Assembly: GCF_006345805.1 (NCBI RefSeq)
Contig: NC_042999.1
Span: forward strand, 172,608,001 to 172,672,000
Length of the DNA stretch: 64,000 nucleotides
Direction: 5' to 3'
DNA from: Octopus sinensis
Lineage: Eukaryota
The translations under genes were made by a program, and so were the position numbers. Shown in pieces: positions 1-12,103 of this stretch; position 1 is the first letter of the stretch, and the number at the start of each line of letters is the position of its first letter. The notes beneath the pieces were generated by a model. It did no database searches. It was not told the DNA's origin and saw only the letters and a program-made list of their open reading frames with translations.

Positions 1-77
1 AATTGACTTCCCCTGACCCCAGATTGCTTGCTATGTGCCAGAAATTTGTGGTAAAGGGAAGTCTTTTAGGATTTAGT

Positions 78-262
78 GCGGTGAAGTGGCAAAGTGCTTA
101 GCGTCATTTTGTTCTACTTTACGCCCGGTTTCAAATTCTGCCGAGGTCTACATTACCTATCGTTCCTTCAGGTCGATAAAATACGTACCAGTTGGACACT
201 TGGAACGATGTAATCGACTTACCCCCTCCTTCGAAAGTGCTGCCAAAATTTGAAGCCAATAT
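78..262 (+). mobile_element. tRNA-derived SINE family A (Deu/Nin-like core), diverged copy
   Basis: Aligns by eye with the better copy at 1749-1967 (GTTCAAAT-type B box, GCCGAGGTC, GGTCGATAAAAT-AGTACCAGTT, GATGTAATCGACTT). Confidence 0.75.
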
Positions 263-1540
263 ATCTTTGGGTTGTGTTACTCTTATTTCAAACGCATGAA
301 AACTTGCATACCCATAACTTGAAAACATGATTTCAAATCTCTGTTTTGTAACATATTTATTTATATTTGCTATCATTGATTTATTGTACTATATTACTCA
401 AACTGAATTTCCTGGTGATTATTAGATAGAATAACCAGAACTGTTGTAACCAGAACTTGCCTGTTATTGATTAATATAAATATGTTAAGTAAGAAAGATA
501 AGCGACATGGTTGTGCCGAAATTATTCCTCTTGTTAATGATTTGTTTAGTAATTAAATGAAGATACAGGCTGCACCACCAACTAACTTTGCAAATTACCC
601 TATAAAAGTGGGTCTTCTGCTGATGCTCTTGAATTATGAATCAATGTCTGCCGGAAAATCTGGAGGAACAAGTTAATTGAGAGAATTGTGAATTTGGAGG
701 ATTAGACCAACAGCTGGGTGGAACACAGTAACGGAGAACAGAAAGTAGTGAGAAATGAAGGTAGTCGGGGACTGTCCTGTTAAAAGAAATACGCAATGAA
801 CTAATTTAGAAAACTATTGGTGTCGATAAGTGATGCAAAAGTACAAAGCACTTCTGTCAGCTGGTAGTTGTACCTGTTAAAGAACCGTCAGTAAGTGCCT
901 TTGTATGCTTGACATCTAAATTATATGCGCATGTATAGAAATTAGCATATCCATTCATGTAAAACATTTTACGCCGTAGTATACATTCTTTTGGCTTATA
1001 CAAACTTGTTTATATATAACGGGGTTCCTTTTCAAAGTCATCGCATATCAATATAATCGACAAAGTACCACTACTGGAGTGTGTGTCATAAAATGTCTAT
1101 CAACGTCATGCTGCTGCGTCAGTAATTAATCACGGCTGAAATATTTGCTCCTGTTAAAGAGAAATTCTCACTTTTTAGATACAGATATACTGTTGATATA
1201 ACACCATAACCATTACTGAGTGGACGTAGTTTGGCCCAATAGTCAAGAAGATATTTTTACAGTAATAAGATCCAATAATCGATCCTACGAAAGTCGTTTA
1301 CCATAGCTTAGTGTCAGCTTAGATTTGTGAGAGAAACAAGGTAGACAGAGGGTGTATACAATGCCATCGATTGGTTTCGACCCACAATTCAAAGAGGTAA
1401 CTTTGTAAAACACTGTGTTAATGTATTTGAGGGTTACGTATCTGTAGAATGCTCGGCCAATCACCTGTTAATTCAGTGAACAGATAGTTCAGTCGATAGA
1501 ATAAATCGATCCGTATCACCAAAACTAAGAGTTATCCATT

Positions 1541-1712
1541 TATGGCGATTACATTGACCCCCAGTGCTCAACTAGTCCTTATTTTATCGAATACGAAAGT
1601 ATTAAAGCTAGCTAAGTCAACCTCGGCGAAATTTGAATGCAGAACTTAAAGACGGACGAAATACAGAGATGCATTTTACCCGGCGTGTAAATTATTGTGC
1701 TGGCTCGTTGCA
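1541..1712 (-). mobile_element. SINE family A, diverged copy, back-to-back with the next copy
   Basis: Reverse complement contains CACGCCGGGTAAAATG, TTCAAATTTCGCCGAGGTTGACTT, TCGATAAAATAAG-ACTAGTTGAGCACTGGGGGTC. Confidence 0.65.
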
Positions 1713-1748
1713 TTGGTTCAATTTACTATCTATATTGAATTTAACCAA

Positions 1749-1967
1749 GGCGGGGAGCTGACAAAAACGTTAGCTCGGCGGGCGAAATTCTTAGCGGTAT
1801 TTCGTCTGTCTTTATGTTCTGAGTTCAAACTCCGCCGAGGTCGACTTTGCCTTTCATCCTTTCGGGGTCGATAAATTAAGTACCAGTTGCGTACTAGGGT
1901 CGATTTAATTGACTGGTACCTCTCCCCCAAAATTTTGTGTCTTGTGCCTAGAGTAGAAAACAATATT
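1749..1967 (+). mobile_element. SINE family A, near-full-length copy
   Basis: tRNA-like head (GGCGG..GAGCTG, GAGTTCAAACTCC), then GTCGACTTTGCCTTTCATCCTTTCGGGGTCGATAAATTAAGTACCAG; at least 10 related copies in the window. Confidence 0.9.
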
Positions 1968-2989
1968 GAATTTATCTGATACTTATTAATCATTGTGCCT
2001 GATATATATTTTAACAGCATGCTTTGTAAGGATAAGGAAATAAACGATAAAACCCAAACAATATCATAAGAAACGACGTTTCTATTCTATTATTATTCTC
2101 TAAAGCACAATGCACGAGCTAGCACGCGAGAGCGCATGGGTGCGCGCCTACGTATTCTGCATCCGCATAGACTCTGTGCTTAAAAGTCTCATCTTCAATT
2201 TGATCCCTGCTTATGTTGTCGCAAAATAGGATCGAATTTGTGATAACGCATTTCTGAAGGAAACCATTTAACTACAGGTTCAAATTATATACACGTAGAT
2301 AGATGTTTGGCTGTGTGTAAGTACGTGTACGTGTAAGTGCGCGCGCGGCTGTGTGTGTTTGCGCGCGTTTGTGTGTCTATCTGTGTGCGTATGTGCGCTT
2401 ATGAGTGTGCGTGTGTGCTTATGTGTGTGCGTGCGTGTATATGTTTTTGCGTGTGTATATGAATGTTTTGTGGAATGATATTTGTGAATGTGAGAATAAT
2501 GCAAGTAGAACTTTTGTGTACGAATTTACATCTTTCTATGAAAGAACATTGAAGTCGAATGAATATATCTTTGAAATACATGCGGATTAAGATAAGCATC
2601 CTATTAAATTAAGAAAAGAAAACTTACAAGTTGATGATAAGCAAGCATTAAATAAATTTATAAAATACAAAAATAATTAAATTTTAAAAAATCAATAATA
2701 TACAAAGAATTAGTTAAAAGTAAAATAAAAAGTCTCTACAAATTTATACATGTATAATGCCTGAAATACTTCTGTTTTGAATTAAAGTATGGAATTATTT
2801 TGTCTTTAACTCGCTGTCTAAGCACTAGAAACTTCTACAGCAAACGACTTTACATTTTTATTTCTGCTGTTCTGGTAGTGTCTTTTATTTATATGAAAAA
2901 AATTTAATGAAACATGTAGGGGAGGCATGACTGACATTCAACTGACTGCAGCCTCAGTTTAGGTGTAACAGAAACAAAGCTAGAGCTAA

Positions 2990-3200
2990 GACGGCAAACT
3001 GGCAGAATAGTTAGCAAGCCAGGAAAAAAAATTAATTCCATTCATCTGTCTTGGCGTTATGAGTTCAAAGTCCACCGAGATTGACTTTGCCTTTCATCAT
3101 TTTGGGATCGATAAACTAACCGGGTGAACAATGGTGTCCATATGTAATCGACGTACTCTCTCCTCTGAAATTGCTGGCCTTACGGGAAAGTGAAAAGTCG
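2990..3200 (+). mobile_element. SINE family A
   Basis: CTGGCAGAATAGTTAGC head, GAGTTCAAAGTCCACCGAG, GACTTTGCCTTTCATC, GTAATCGAC, GAAATTGCTGGCC tail. Confidence 0.7.
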
Positions 3201-3235
3201 GACTTCATAACTTCATTAGGCCGTTGCTATTAAGC

Positions 3236-3452
3236 CTACAAGCTGGCAGAATCGTTAGCACAGCTGATAAAACGCTAAGCGTCATTTTGTTCGTCTTACG
3301 TTCTAGATTCAAATTCCGCTGTGGTTGACTTTTCATTTTATCCCTTTGTAGTTGAAAAAATACGTTCCAACTGAGCACTGGAATTTATGTAATCAACTTA
3401 GACCCCTCCCAAAATTACTGGCCTTGCGCCAATATTTGAAAGCAATATTATT
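3236..3452 (+). mobile_element. SINE family A
   Basis: GCTGGCAGAATCGTTAGCA head, TTCAAATTCCGC B box, tail CCCCTCCCAAAATTACTGGCCTTGCGCCAATATTTGAAAGC. Confidence 0.75.
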
Positions 3453-5154
3453 ACTGTTGGTGTTTTATACGTTTTTAATCTCATCTCGGATCTAAAAGCA
3501 ATCTACTACAAATACCTGGATTTGAGAAAGATATGGCTGCTATTTTTACTAGCACGAGCAACTGAAAGAGGCTCACTCGTCTGCTATGCTACGACAATAA
3601 TTACGTATATACTACGAAGGTAGTTTCATATACATCTACACAGTTCTCATATATTTGTGTCTTGTACCATAGAATTTAAAACACATTGTTTTCCTTTTTT
3701 CTAGAAACTTTCCGTAATGTAATTAGTATAATGGAGCAAACCACTAATTGAAAGCCGGTAACCCATTCCACTTGCCATGAAATTGGTATACAGTAAAAGC
3801 AGAACAGTTATATGCTATATAGATAACATAATTAGATGTCGAAAATGTGTGGCTGGTTTGTCTCATTGAAAGATTGCCTCTATATACTGGCTTTCGTCAC
3901 ACAAGCCTATATCGATTTCACCTCAGGGAAGATCATATATAAAGGAACCCAACAAAAAGCGTGCTTATACGTGTACACATACATGTATTATACACAAAGG
4001 CACACTACTACATATATACGCTCACTTATAAATGTGTGAGTGCGTGCGCCTTTCTATGTATGCGTGGGAGATATTTGCGAAATTGTCATTATTTAGTTCA
4101 GTTTTGTTCTACACATTCCGGCTTGTGTATAGCTAGGTCACCACATAGTTATTGAATAAATTAACAACAGCTGAAGAGTTATGTTATGGTGGATCACGTT
4201 TTTGTTGCTGAGCGACAAAATTACCAGTTACTTAATAAACATGGAAATGACTAACCATTAAATATTTATCTTTTCTCACAACTTAATTCTGTAATAGTGA
4301 TTCTGTGGTACTCTGAGCGACAACGTTATATCTTTCGAATTACAAATACAATCCATCCGACGGCTTTCTATACAGCTTTATTCTACAAAATAACGAGTAC
4401 AAGCTGTGTGCTGATTTGCGAACTGAACTTTTAAAAGTCCGACCATAGAGCATCTAGGAATGTGACGGGATTGTGTCTCTAGAAAAAGAGGAACATTATT
4501 GCCTGTTTTGTTCCAATGATCCAGACACAGGCATAACTACTTCCCTATGAGGTTCAGTTCCCAATACCATGGTTTCTGGTTTAATCTTACGGAGTGATAT
4601 CTATGGCAAGTGTCTTCTTATATAGATTCGGGACAAACAAAATTTGCAACTGGATTTATTAGGAAGAATGTATGAATGCATTAATGTATGTATGTATGTA
4701 TGTATGTATGTATGTATGTATGTATGTGTGCACGTTTGTGTATGTTTGTGTGGCATGTGTTGTACACTGGCATTGAGATTATGTGACAGTGGAAAATCAA
4801 CGTAGCGTCATACAAGTGGTGTCTTTCGTTCCAAATTGCTGTGCAAAACATGACCAGCCAATAGGACATTTTATGAGGTATGAGATGTGAATATATTTAT
4901 TTAACAAATGTTCATCCTATGGTAGACAAGTATTTAAAACTCTATTGCCCCGTCACACCTCCTGACATTTTGTGCTCTATATTTATGTACGTGCGTGTGT
5001 GCGTGTGTATGTGTACGCGCGATTATGTGTATAGAATATATATAATTATATGAGTCTCACTATATGTTAATTTATATACGTATATATATATATATATAGA
5101 TAGATGTATATATATATATACATACATAAATACATGCGTGTGTGTGTATCCATG

Positions 5155-5617
5155 AACTGAAACGTAGCTAATCTGCACATCCTCTAATAACTCACGAATG
5201 GTGGTTCTATGATTTCCCCTCACAGCTGCATCACATCTGCGATGTTTTTCTCAATTCTGCTTGTTGCGGGTCTTCCAGAACGTTTGTCAATATCAACATT
5301 TTTCGGCTACCTTGGAAACGTCTGAACCTCCCGTACACTTGTGTGTGGCTCATACAATCCCCTTCACACACTATCTGCAACTTTGCTTAGGCCTTTGAGC
5401 AGGTCTCACCATGACAACTTTCTCTGCCATGGTCAATGCAACGATCAGGCGTTACACAAGTTAATTCGAAGCGCTGCTGTAGACAACGGAAGTGAGCTAG
5501 AACGTTAAAATGCAGAGCAGAGTTCAAAGTCAATCTGTGCCAAGCGGCTTCAGTCTGCACGCTTTAGCCTCTTTACAATGGCAACAATCCGGATACTTGC
5601 TGATCAAACTTCGTATA
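5155..5617 (-). mobile_element. Non-autonomous mariner (family 2), one TIR plus the 5' part of the transposase
   Basis: Reverse complement begins TACGAAGTTTGATCAGCAAGTATCCGGATTG (TIR) and aligns with 46931-47340; the ORF track fragment RGNHRTTIRELLEDVQISYVSVH is HTH-region-like. Confidence 0.75.
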
Positions 5618-5789
5618 ATGCATAGGTGCCCCTTTAAGTAACTACACAAATATAAAGTTATTATTATGCTTCTCTGTAAAAATAAGTGTTCTATTGTAAC
5701 TATGTCATCCCATTTTAACTATTTCAATTCTATTATGAAAATAGAGTAATCATTACAGATAGCTATAGATTTGCTTGGCCTGCCCTTAG

Positions 5790-5985
5790 ACATAATAGTG
5801 CTGATGTGAAGAACATCAACCAGTTAAATACTGTAAAGTTTTTGGCATTAAGAAGGGCATCAAGCTGTAGAAATAATCCCAAACCAGATGTTGGTGATCG
5901 GCGTAGTACTCCGACTTGTCTGTGCCACCTGTCCGCCTGACGTACCCAATTCAGCATGAAAGACGGATGCTAAGCGACAAACCTG
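5790..5985 (+). mobile_element. Retroposon 3' end with RTE-type tail (SINE/LINE tail)
   Basis: AGAAGGGCATCAAGCTGTAGAAA ... CAGCATGAAAGACGGATGCTAAGCGAC followed by trinucleotide repeats; resembles RTE-derived tails as recalled, not searched. Confidence 0.5.
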
Positions 5986-5989
5986 AGCT

Positions 5990-6120
5990 GTTGTTGTTGT
6001 TGTTGTTGATAATGATGACGACGACGATGACAACGGCGACAACGACGAAGAGAGTGACGATAACGACGGTGACGACGATGGTATCGATAATGATGACGTG
6101 ACGACGTCAATGATAATGTT
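5990..6120. repeat. Compound trinucleotide microsatellite (TTG/GAT/GAC)
   Basis: Directly visible; explains the low-complexity ORFs at 5860-6135. Confidence 0.9.
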
Positions 6121-6848
6121 GATGCATATATACAAGCCCAGATTGCCCAGATTGCTCGGTCCTAATATACATAAGACTGTAATCCTGAAACAAACTGAAT
6201 TACTTTATTCGAGTGCTGCACTGAGTTAAGATAAATAGAGATTTGAAAGAAAGTTAAGCGAATGCGATTTTAGCTTAAACGTTTTCAGATATCATGTGAA
6301 AATACACACAAACGCGTGCGCCCGCGCACACACACACACTTACACACGGACACATATATCTATATAATGCAATCATACATTCAGAATTAAATTAATTTCT
6401 GTCGATTTAAATTGAAACCGCCACCCATGGTTATCTCCTATATACCGGAATTCATACATTAACACTACAATAAAATCATTCTGTTTCATAAGACATCGAC
6501 ATCGAAAAGGGTTTCAGACACTTTAACATTTATAATGTCTGTAACATCTGTAAATATATCATATTATCTTTAAACCTGATCAAAATATGTTACTAGTTTA
6601 TATCCGACTTGAAATGGTATCCTCTAAGATCTCATTCTAAAAATAACATACGATATATGGCACTGATTCTTCGTTGATGACTTTGAATTAATCTTCAAAA
6701 GCGATCAAAACTCATGAAACTAAATTATTATATATTTTATTGACGTCATAGATAGAAATGTGATATGGAACTGGCCAGTCTCTCCAACGCAGAGTACGTT
6801 ATATTCTACAGTCTTTTCCTTCCTTTCTATCGTCATATCCCCATAGGA

Positions 6849-6859
6849 CATTATTATTA

Positions 6860-6944
<85 letters not shown>

Positions 6945-6949
6945 CATTA
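6849..6949. repeat. (ATT)n microsatellite, the tail of the adjacent minus-strand retroposon
   Basis: About 33 ATT units abutting the element at 6950. Confidence 0.95.
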
Positions 6950-7280
6950 TTGAGTGTGGGAACAGTGCATGCCATCAAAGTGAAACCGAGGCAAAACATA
7001 CGAAACCCAGTATGCCCACCATGACAGTGGTAGTGATGCATGTGCCAGGAGGGCACATGCATCACTACCATATGTGCGCGACATAATGATCTTATATCAA
7101 GTCTAACAGAGCATGATTTTGCAGGTGGGGGTCCATTTATAATTTTCTGCATTTCGAGTAGCCCATCCTGAATTCCCTTACTAAGTCTTATTTAAGGATG
7201 CTGAACGAAACACTCGTGTTTCTATATGTGAATTATCCAAAAGAATTATTATCAACACATGGCTATGATGTTCCCAACTA
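6950..7280 (-). mobile_element. LINE-like 3' end, family E
   Basis: Homologous to 19665-20145 (CACATGCATCAC--CCATATGTGCGCGACA, GCATGA---TGCAG, CACATG-CTATGATG-TCCC); ends in an (AAT)n tail on the minus strand. Confidence 0.7.
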
Positions 7281-7294
7281 TTTCTGATTATTAA

Positions 7295-7512
7295 GACGGA
7301 GAGCTGGCAGAAACGTTAGCATGTCGAGCAAAAGCTTAGCGGTATTTCGTCTGTCTTTATGTTCTGAGTTCAAATTCCGCCGAGGCTGATTTGTCTTTCA
7401 TCCTTTCGGGGTCGATAATTTAAGTACCAGTTATGTACTGGGGTTTATCTAATCGACTGGCCTCGTCCCCACGAATTTTGGGTACCGTGCCTAGTGTAGA
7501 AAAGATTATTAT
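7295..7512 (+). mobile_element. SINE family A
   Basis: GAGCTGGCAGAAACGTTAGC, GAGTTCAAATTCCGCCGAGG, CTTTCATCCTTTCGGGGTCGATAA; ATT-repeat tail. Confidence 0.85.
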
Positions 7513-7557
7513 TTTTATTATTATTCCTGTTGCTGTTGTTGTTGTCGTTGTTAAAGC

Positions 7558-7752
7558 ATCAAGCTGGCAGAGTTGTTAGCATGACGAACAAAATGCTTCG
7601 CGGCGTTTCGTTTGTCTGAGTTCAAATCTTGCCGAGGTTGACTTTATCTTCATCCTTTTGAGGTCGATAACATAAGTATCAGTTGAGTATCGGGGTCGAT
7701 GTAACCGATTTATCCCATCATGAAATTGCTGACTTCGTGCCAAATTTTGAAC

Positions 7753-7755
<3 letters not shown>
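7558..7755 (+). mobile_element. SINE family A with an expanded (ATT)n tail
   Basis: AGCTGGCAGAGTTGTTAGC head, GAGTTCAAATCTTGCCGAGG, GGGGTCGATGTAACCGA, ends CCAAATTTTGAAC then (ATT)n. Confidence 0.8.
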
Positions 7756-7799
<44 letters not shown>

Positions 7800-7836
7800 G
7801 TTATTGTTATTGTTATTATTATTATTATCATCATCA

Positions 7837-7902
<66 letters not shown>
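7754..7902. repeat. (ATT)n microsatellite
   Basis: Directly visible, with GTT/ATC interruptions. Confidence 0.95.
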
Positions 7903-7903
<1 letters not shown>

Positions 7904-8696
7904 AACTGAAGCTGAGACTTTCATCGCGACCCAAATTTCCCGCCAGCTTTGCATTAGAAGCAATATTCCACAAATTGGCAATGTTACTATTCCCCGGTGA
8001 AAAGAAAATACTGTACCAAAGGATACGTTCAAGTCTGATTCTTTCATCTATCTACTGAATCTATCACAGTTTCATGTTGTAAAACAGTATCGATATCTTC
8101 AAAGGTGTCCACAGCGAATCACATTTGCCCTTGAAAAACGATGAAAGACGAGGGACGACAGTTTGAGAAGAGAAAGAACAATACAAAGCTGGAGAGATTA
8201 ACAGATTTCCTACGACTTGGATAATGGAAGCTAGTTTTTAAGGCATGGAGAACAATAGAAGCATATTGTCTTGCAGTCTTCAACACACAATAAGATGAAT
8301 GCAAGCGTCGATAATATATCAATTCTTCTCCAAATATCATTCTAGAAGATTAACCACAGATACTTCATGAGTGGAAGGCACGTGATATAAGATCAACGAT
8401 TCAACAAAGAGAGTCATATTGAAATTAATAATTTGACATCGACGTTAACGTTGAAAGTGTTTATACGCAGAACCAGCCAAAATATCAGAAACATACATAC
8501 ATAGAATATATAATGTGTCCATACACTTAGAATCAATGCGTGCGTGGAAGAAATTCGTTCTGAAGAAATTAGAATACAGTATACACTTTTCAATATGAAT
8601 CTGCATTTTGTACATATATACAGACACATGCACACAAGTATACACGCAGACATACATATATACATATATAGATATATATATGCATGTTCCTGTATA

Positions 8697-8776
<80 letters not shown>

Positions 8777-8779
<3 letters not shown>

Positions 8780-9392
8780 TGCAGGCAAGGGTATGTGGTA
8801 AATAACCTCTCTTCGCAATCACTCATTTCGTTCCCACGATGCGGCAGCTTGGGAAAGTTTCTTTCACTAAAGCTTGGTACAATCAACACCTTTTGAATTA
8901 ATTTGTTGGACAGAAGCACCATGAAAGCCCGTCGTATCGACACACGCTTATAGGTTTCTATGTCTGTTTTTGCGGTAGTGTTTGTTAGTTTGTCTCGCCG
9001 CTTTACAAACAGTCGGCAAGGAGACCGTCGGAATATCAACCAAATTTCGAAGACAAGTACTGAGGTTGATTTTTAAGACTGAAACTGTTTCACGCTGAGC
9101 CCCAGCAATACCGGACCGACCAATGGTCTATGAGTAGATTTGGTAAAATAAGCCAGTTGTATACACATATGTATATATCAATGTGTGTGTGTGTCTTTGT
9201 TTGTTCCCTGCCACCGCTTGACAACCGATGTTGATGTTTTTAAGTCCCCGTGACTTAGTGCTTAGGAAAAAAGACGCGTTGGAATAAGTACCAGGATTTA
9301 AAAAATATATACGTCCTTGGGTCGATTTGTTCAAAACACTTCAAGCCAGTACTCCAGCATGGTCGCAGTCAAACGACTAAAAAAAATAACAG
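8777..9392 (+). mobile_element. Degraded SINE family B (probably two partial copies)
   Basis: GAAAGCCCGTCGTAT, CCGACCAATGG, CCCCGTGACTTAG, GAATAAGTACCAGG, GGGTCGATTTGTTC, CCAGCATGGTCGCAGTC match the 10098 copy. Confidence 0.55.
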
Positions 9393-9914
9393 ATGCGTGT
9401 GTGTGTGCATGCATGCATGTGTGTGTGTGTGTGTGCATGCATGCATGTGTGTGTGTGTGTGTATGTGTAGGTAAGATCTAATGAACAATATATAAGAAGT
9501 TAATAAGATTTCAGCAGTCTGCAGAAGGTATAAAAAAAAACTACCAAATTAGCGTAGAAGTTTGTAAATGCTTCCCATATCAGCGTTCGATAAGCTGAAA
9601 AACGTTATTTTATAGTTCACGGTCAGCAGCTGGAATTGCCGTGTAAGCGAATTAATATCCCGAATTAGGGAATACAGTAGTTTAGCCTAATTTTTTATAT
9701 ATATGGATCAAAACAGTTTGATTCAAATTTGCTGGTACATTTCAGTTTTAAGCGTGATGCTAGACTTCAGCCATTTTCAAATTTGAATGGCTGATGAGCA
9801 TGCATTGCGCTTGAAACTCAAGATACCAACGACTATGAATCAAACTGTTTTGATCTATACGTGTAACTCCCAATAAATTGGTTGGGTACCTTTCTTTCCT
9901 TTGTCCACTCACTC

Positions 9915-9915
9915 G

Positions 9916-9982
<67 letters not shown>

Positions 9983-9996
9983 ATATATATATATAT

Positions 9997-10039
<43 letters not shown>

Positions 10040-10075
10040 TAGATATAGATATATAGATATAGATATATAGATGTA
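9915..10075. repeat. (TA)n/(TAGA)n compound microsatellite
   Basis: Directly visible; representative of dozens of (TA)n/(TG)n/(TATG)n tracts across the window. Confidence 0.95.
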
Positions 10076-10097
10076 TATCTGTAAATTGTTTTGCAAT

Positions 10098-10500
10098 AGG
10101 TGTAGGAGTGGCTGTGTGGTAAGTAGCTTACTTACCAACCACATGGTTCCGGGTTCAGTCCCACTGCGTGGCAACTTGGCCAAGTGTCTTCTACTATAGC
10201 CTCGGACCGACCAAAGCCACGTGAGTGGATTTGGTAGGCAGAAGCTGCAAGAAGCCCGTCGTATATATGTGTATATATATATGTATGTGTGTATATGTTT
10301 GTATGTCTGTTTGTCCCCCCCCCAACATTGCTTGGTAGCCGATGCTGGTGTGTTTACGTCCCTGTAACTTAGCGATTCAGCAAAAGAGACCGATAGATTA
10401 AGTACTGGGCTTACAATGAATAAGTCCTGGGTTTGATTTACTCGACGAAAGGCGGTTCTCCAGCATGGCCACAGTCACATGACTGAAAAAAAGTAAAAGA
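10098..10500 (+). mobile_element. tRNA-derived SINE family B, full length
   Basis: GGTGTAGGAGTGGCTGTGTGGTAAG A box, GGGTTCAGTCCC B box, GGCCAAGTGTCTTCTACTATAGCC body, internal microsatellite, tail CCAGCATGGCCACAGTC..GACTGAAA..GTAAAAGA. Confidence 0.9.
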
Positions 10501-10891
10501 CCAAATGAGTTAAAGAGTAATATTACATTACAAGCGTTATACGTGCGCTCTTTTTACTTAGTATTTACCAAATTCCAGTTTCAACTCTCATTAAAATAAT
10601 AAGACCACTTGCTTACGGGTGTATTATTTTTCTTGGAGCTTCGCTACTGAAACGGTTTAATAAGCTTGAGTGTATGTACTGAAGTAGTTTCTCGTTTCGA
10701 CTCTTTTACCGACGATAAGTCATGACTGGCGTTTAGGAAGATTATCACATCCTGGAAAATATATAATATGAATATGTGTAGCAATTATAGGTTGGGGGTC
10801 GATTTCATATTGAAGAGTCACTTTGTTTTAGTCATATGGATATATCGGTTTACAATTTCTCCATAACTACTCATGTTACCATTTTTACCGA

Positions 10892-10922
<31 letters not shown>

Positions 10923-11031
10923 TAATCGGTTTTCACATGAAAATATAAACATATTCTAATTATATATCATTTGTGCGCACACGAAACACACACAAACATC
11001 CACAAACACACACACACACACATATATATAT

Positions 11032-11064
<33 letters not shown>

Positions 11065-11106
11065 TGTATGTATGTACATATATATATATATATGTCTATA
11101 TATATA

Positions 11107-11137
<31 letters not shown>

Positions 11138-11193
11138 TATATGCATGTATATATATGTATATGTATATGCATGTATATATATATATATATATG

Positions 11194-11245
<52 letters not shown>

Positions 11246-11843
11246 GTATATATGTGTATGTGAGTGGGTGTCTGTATGTGAGTCTATGTATAATCTGTAA
11301 TTAATATAGTGTTTTACTGAATACATGTAGCTGTGAAGTATATCATATAGATGAGTGTAGTTCGTAGCGATAACATATAAGAAAGAAAGAAAAGAAACCT
11401 ACAGCTTATGTTCTCGTTACAAGGATATGTTGTTGGAAAATGGAAAACATATGTAAGCTTCTTAAATGTAATTGGATTACACTGTAAAACCTCGATTACA
11501 AGTAATATTAAATAGATAAGAGTGTGTATCAAAGTAACCATTAGCTACAGTTATATAAAACAGAAGAAAATAAAGACTAAAAAAGGCGAAGGCAAAGTAC
11601 GTTATCATCTATATATCGCCAATGGTTTCGTTAGAAAGACACTTTTCATTCAAATTTTTAGAATTTCAAACTTTAAGAGGCCTCTACAACTTTTCCTATG
11701 ACAGCATAAGTATGCGTGTAGAAATGCATACATGCATACATAAATACATATATACATACATACATGTGTGTATATACCTATATATATATACACACACACA
11801 CATATATATATATGTATAATGTATGCTTATATGTATGTGCAAG

Positions 11844-11879
<36 letters not shown>

Positions 11880-12048
11880 TGTATGTATGTATGCGTGCAT
11901 GCGGACATGCGCTCCCTAGAAAGTCACAAAGAGCAAATTAAGAAAAAATCTATGTCTTCAACAAAGTAACAAGTAATAGCGTGAGTCTATGTCCAGAAAT
12001 GCTGAAATATTTTTTTTTATCTGAGTGATAAGACTGGTTTGTTTGATC

Positions 12049-12103
12049 TGTGTGCCTGCTAATTAAGGAGCGGGGATATGTGTGCCTGATAATTAAGGAG
12101 CGG
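12049..12103 (+). repeat. 30-bp-period direct duplication at the 5' truncation point of the LINE
   Basis: TGTGTGCCTG(C/A)TAATTAAGGAGCGG at 12049 and 12079. Confidence 0.85.

Noticed and set aside
861-896. 30-nt segment LVVVPVKEPS between CAG and GTAAGT
   Set aside because: Short pyrimidine tract and non-consensus exon end; chance level.
8120-8330. Purine-rich stretch translating MKDEGRQFEKRKNNTKLER
   Set aside because: Might be an RTE C-terminal relic, but too degraded to assign.
9455-9476. AG|GTAAGA juxtaposition (possible ratchet point)
   Set aside because: Preceded by a (TG)n microsatellite rather than a pyrimidine tract; likely chance.
9767-9820. 28-bp imperfect palindrome overlapping CTGATGAG...GAAAC
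   Set aside because: Stem II does not abut GAAA, and no stem III/NUH/stem I can be formed.
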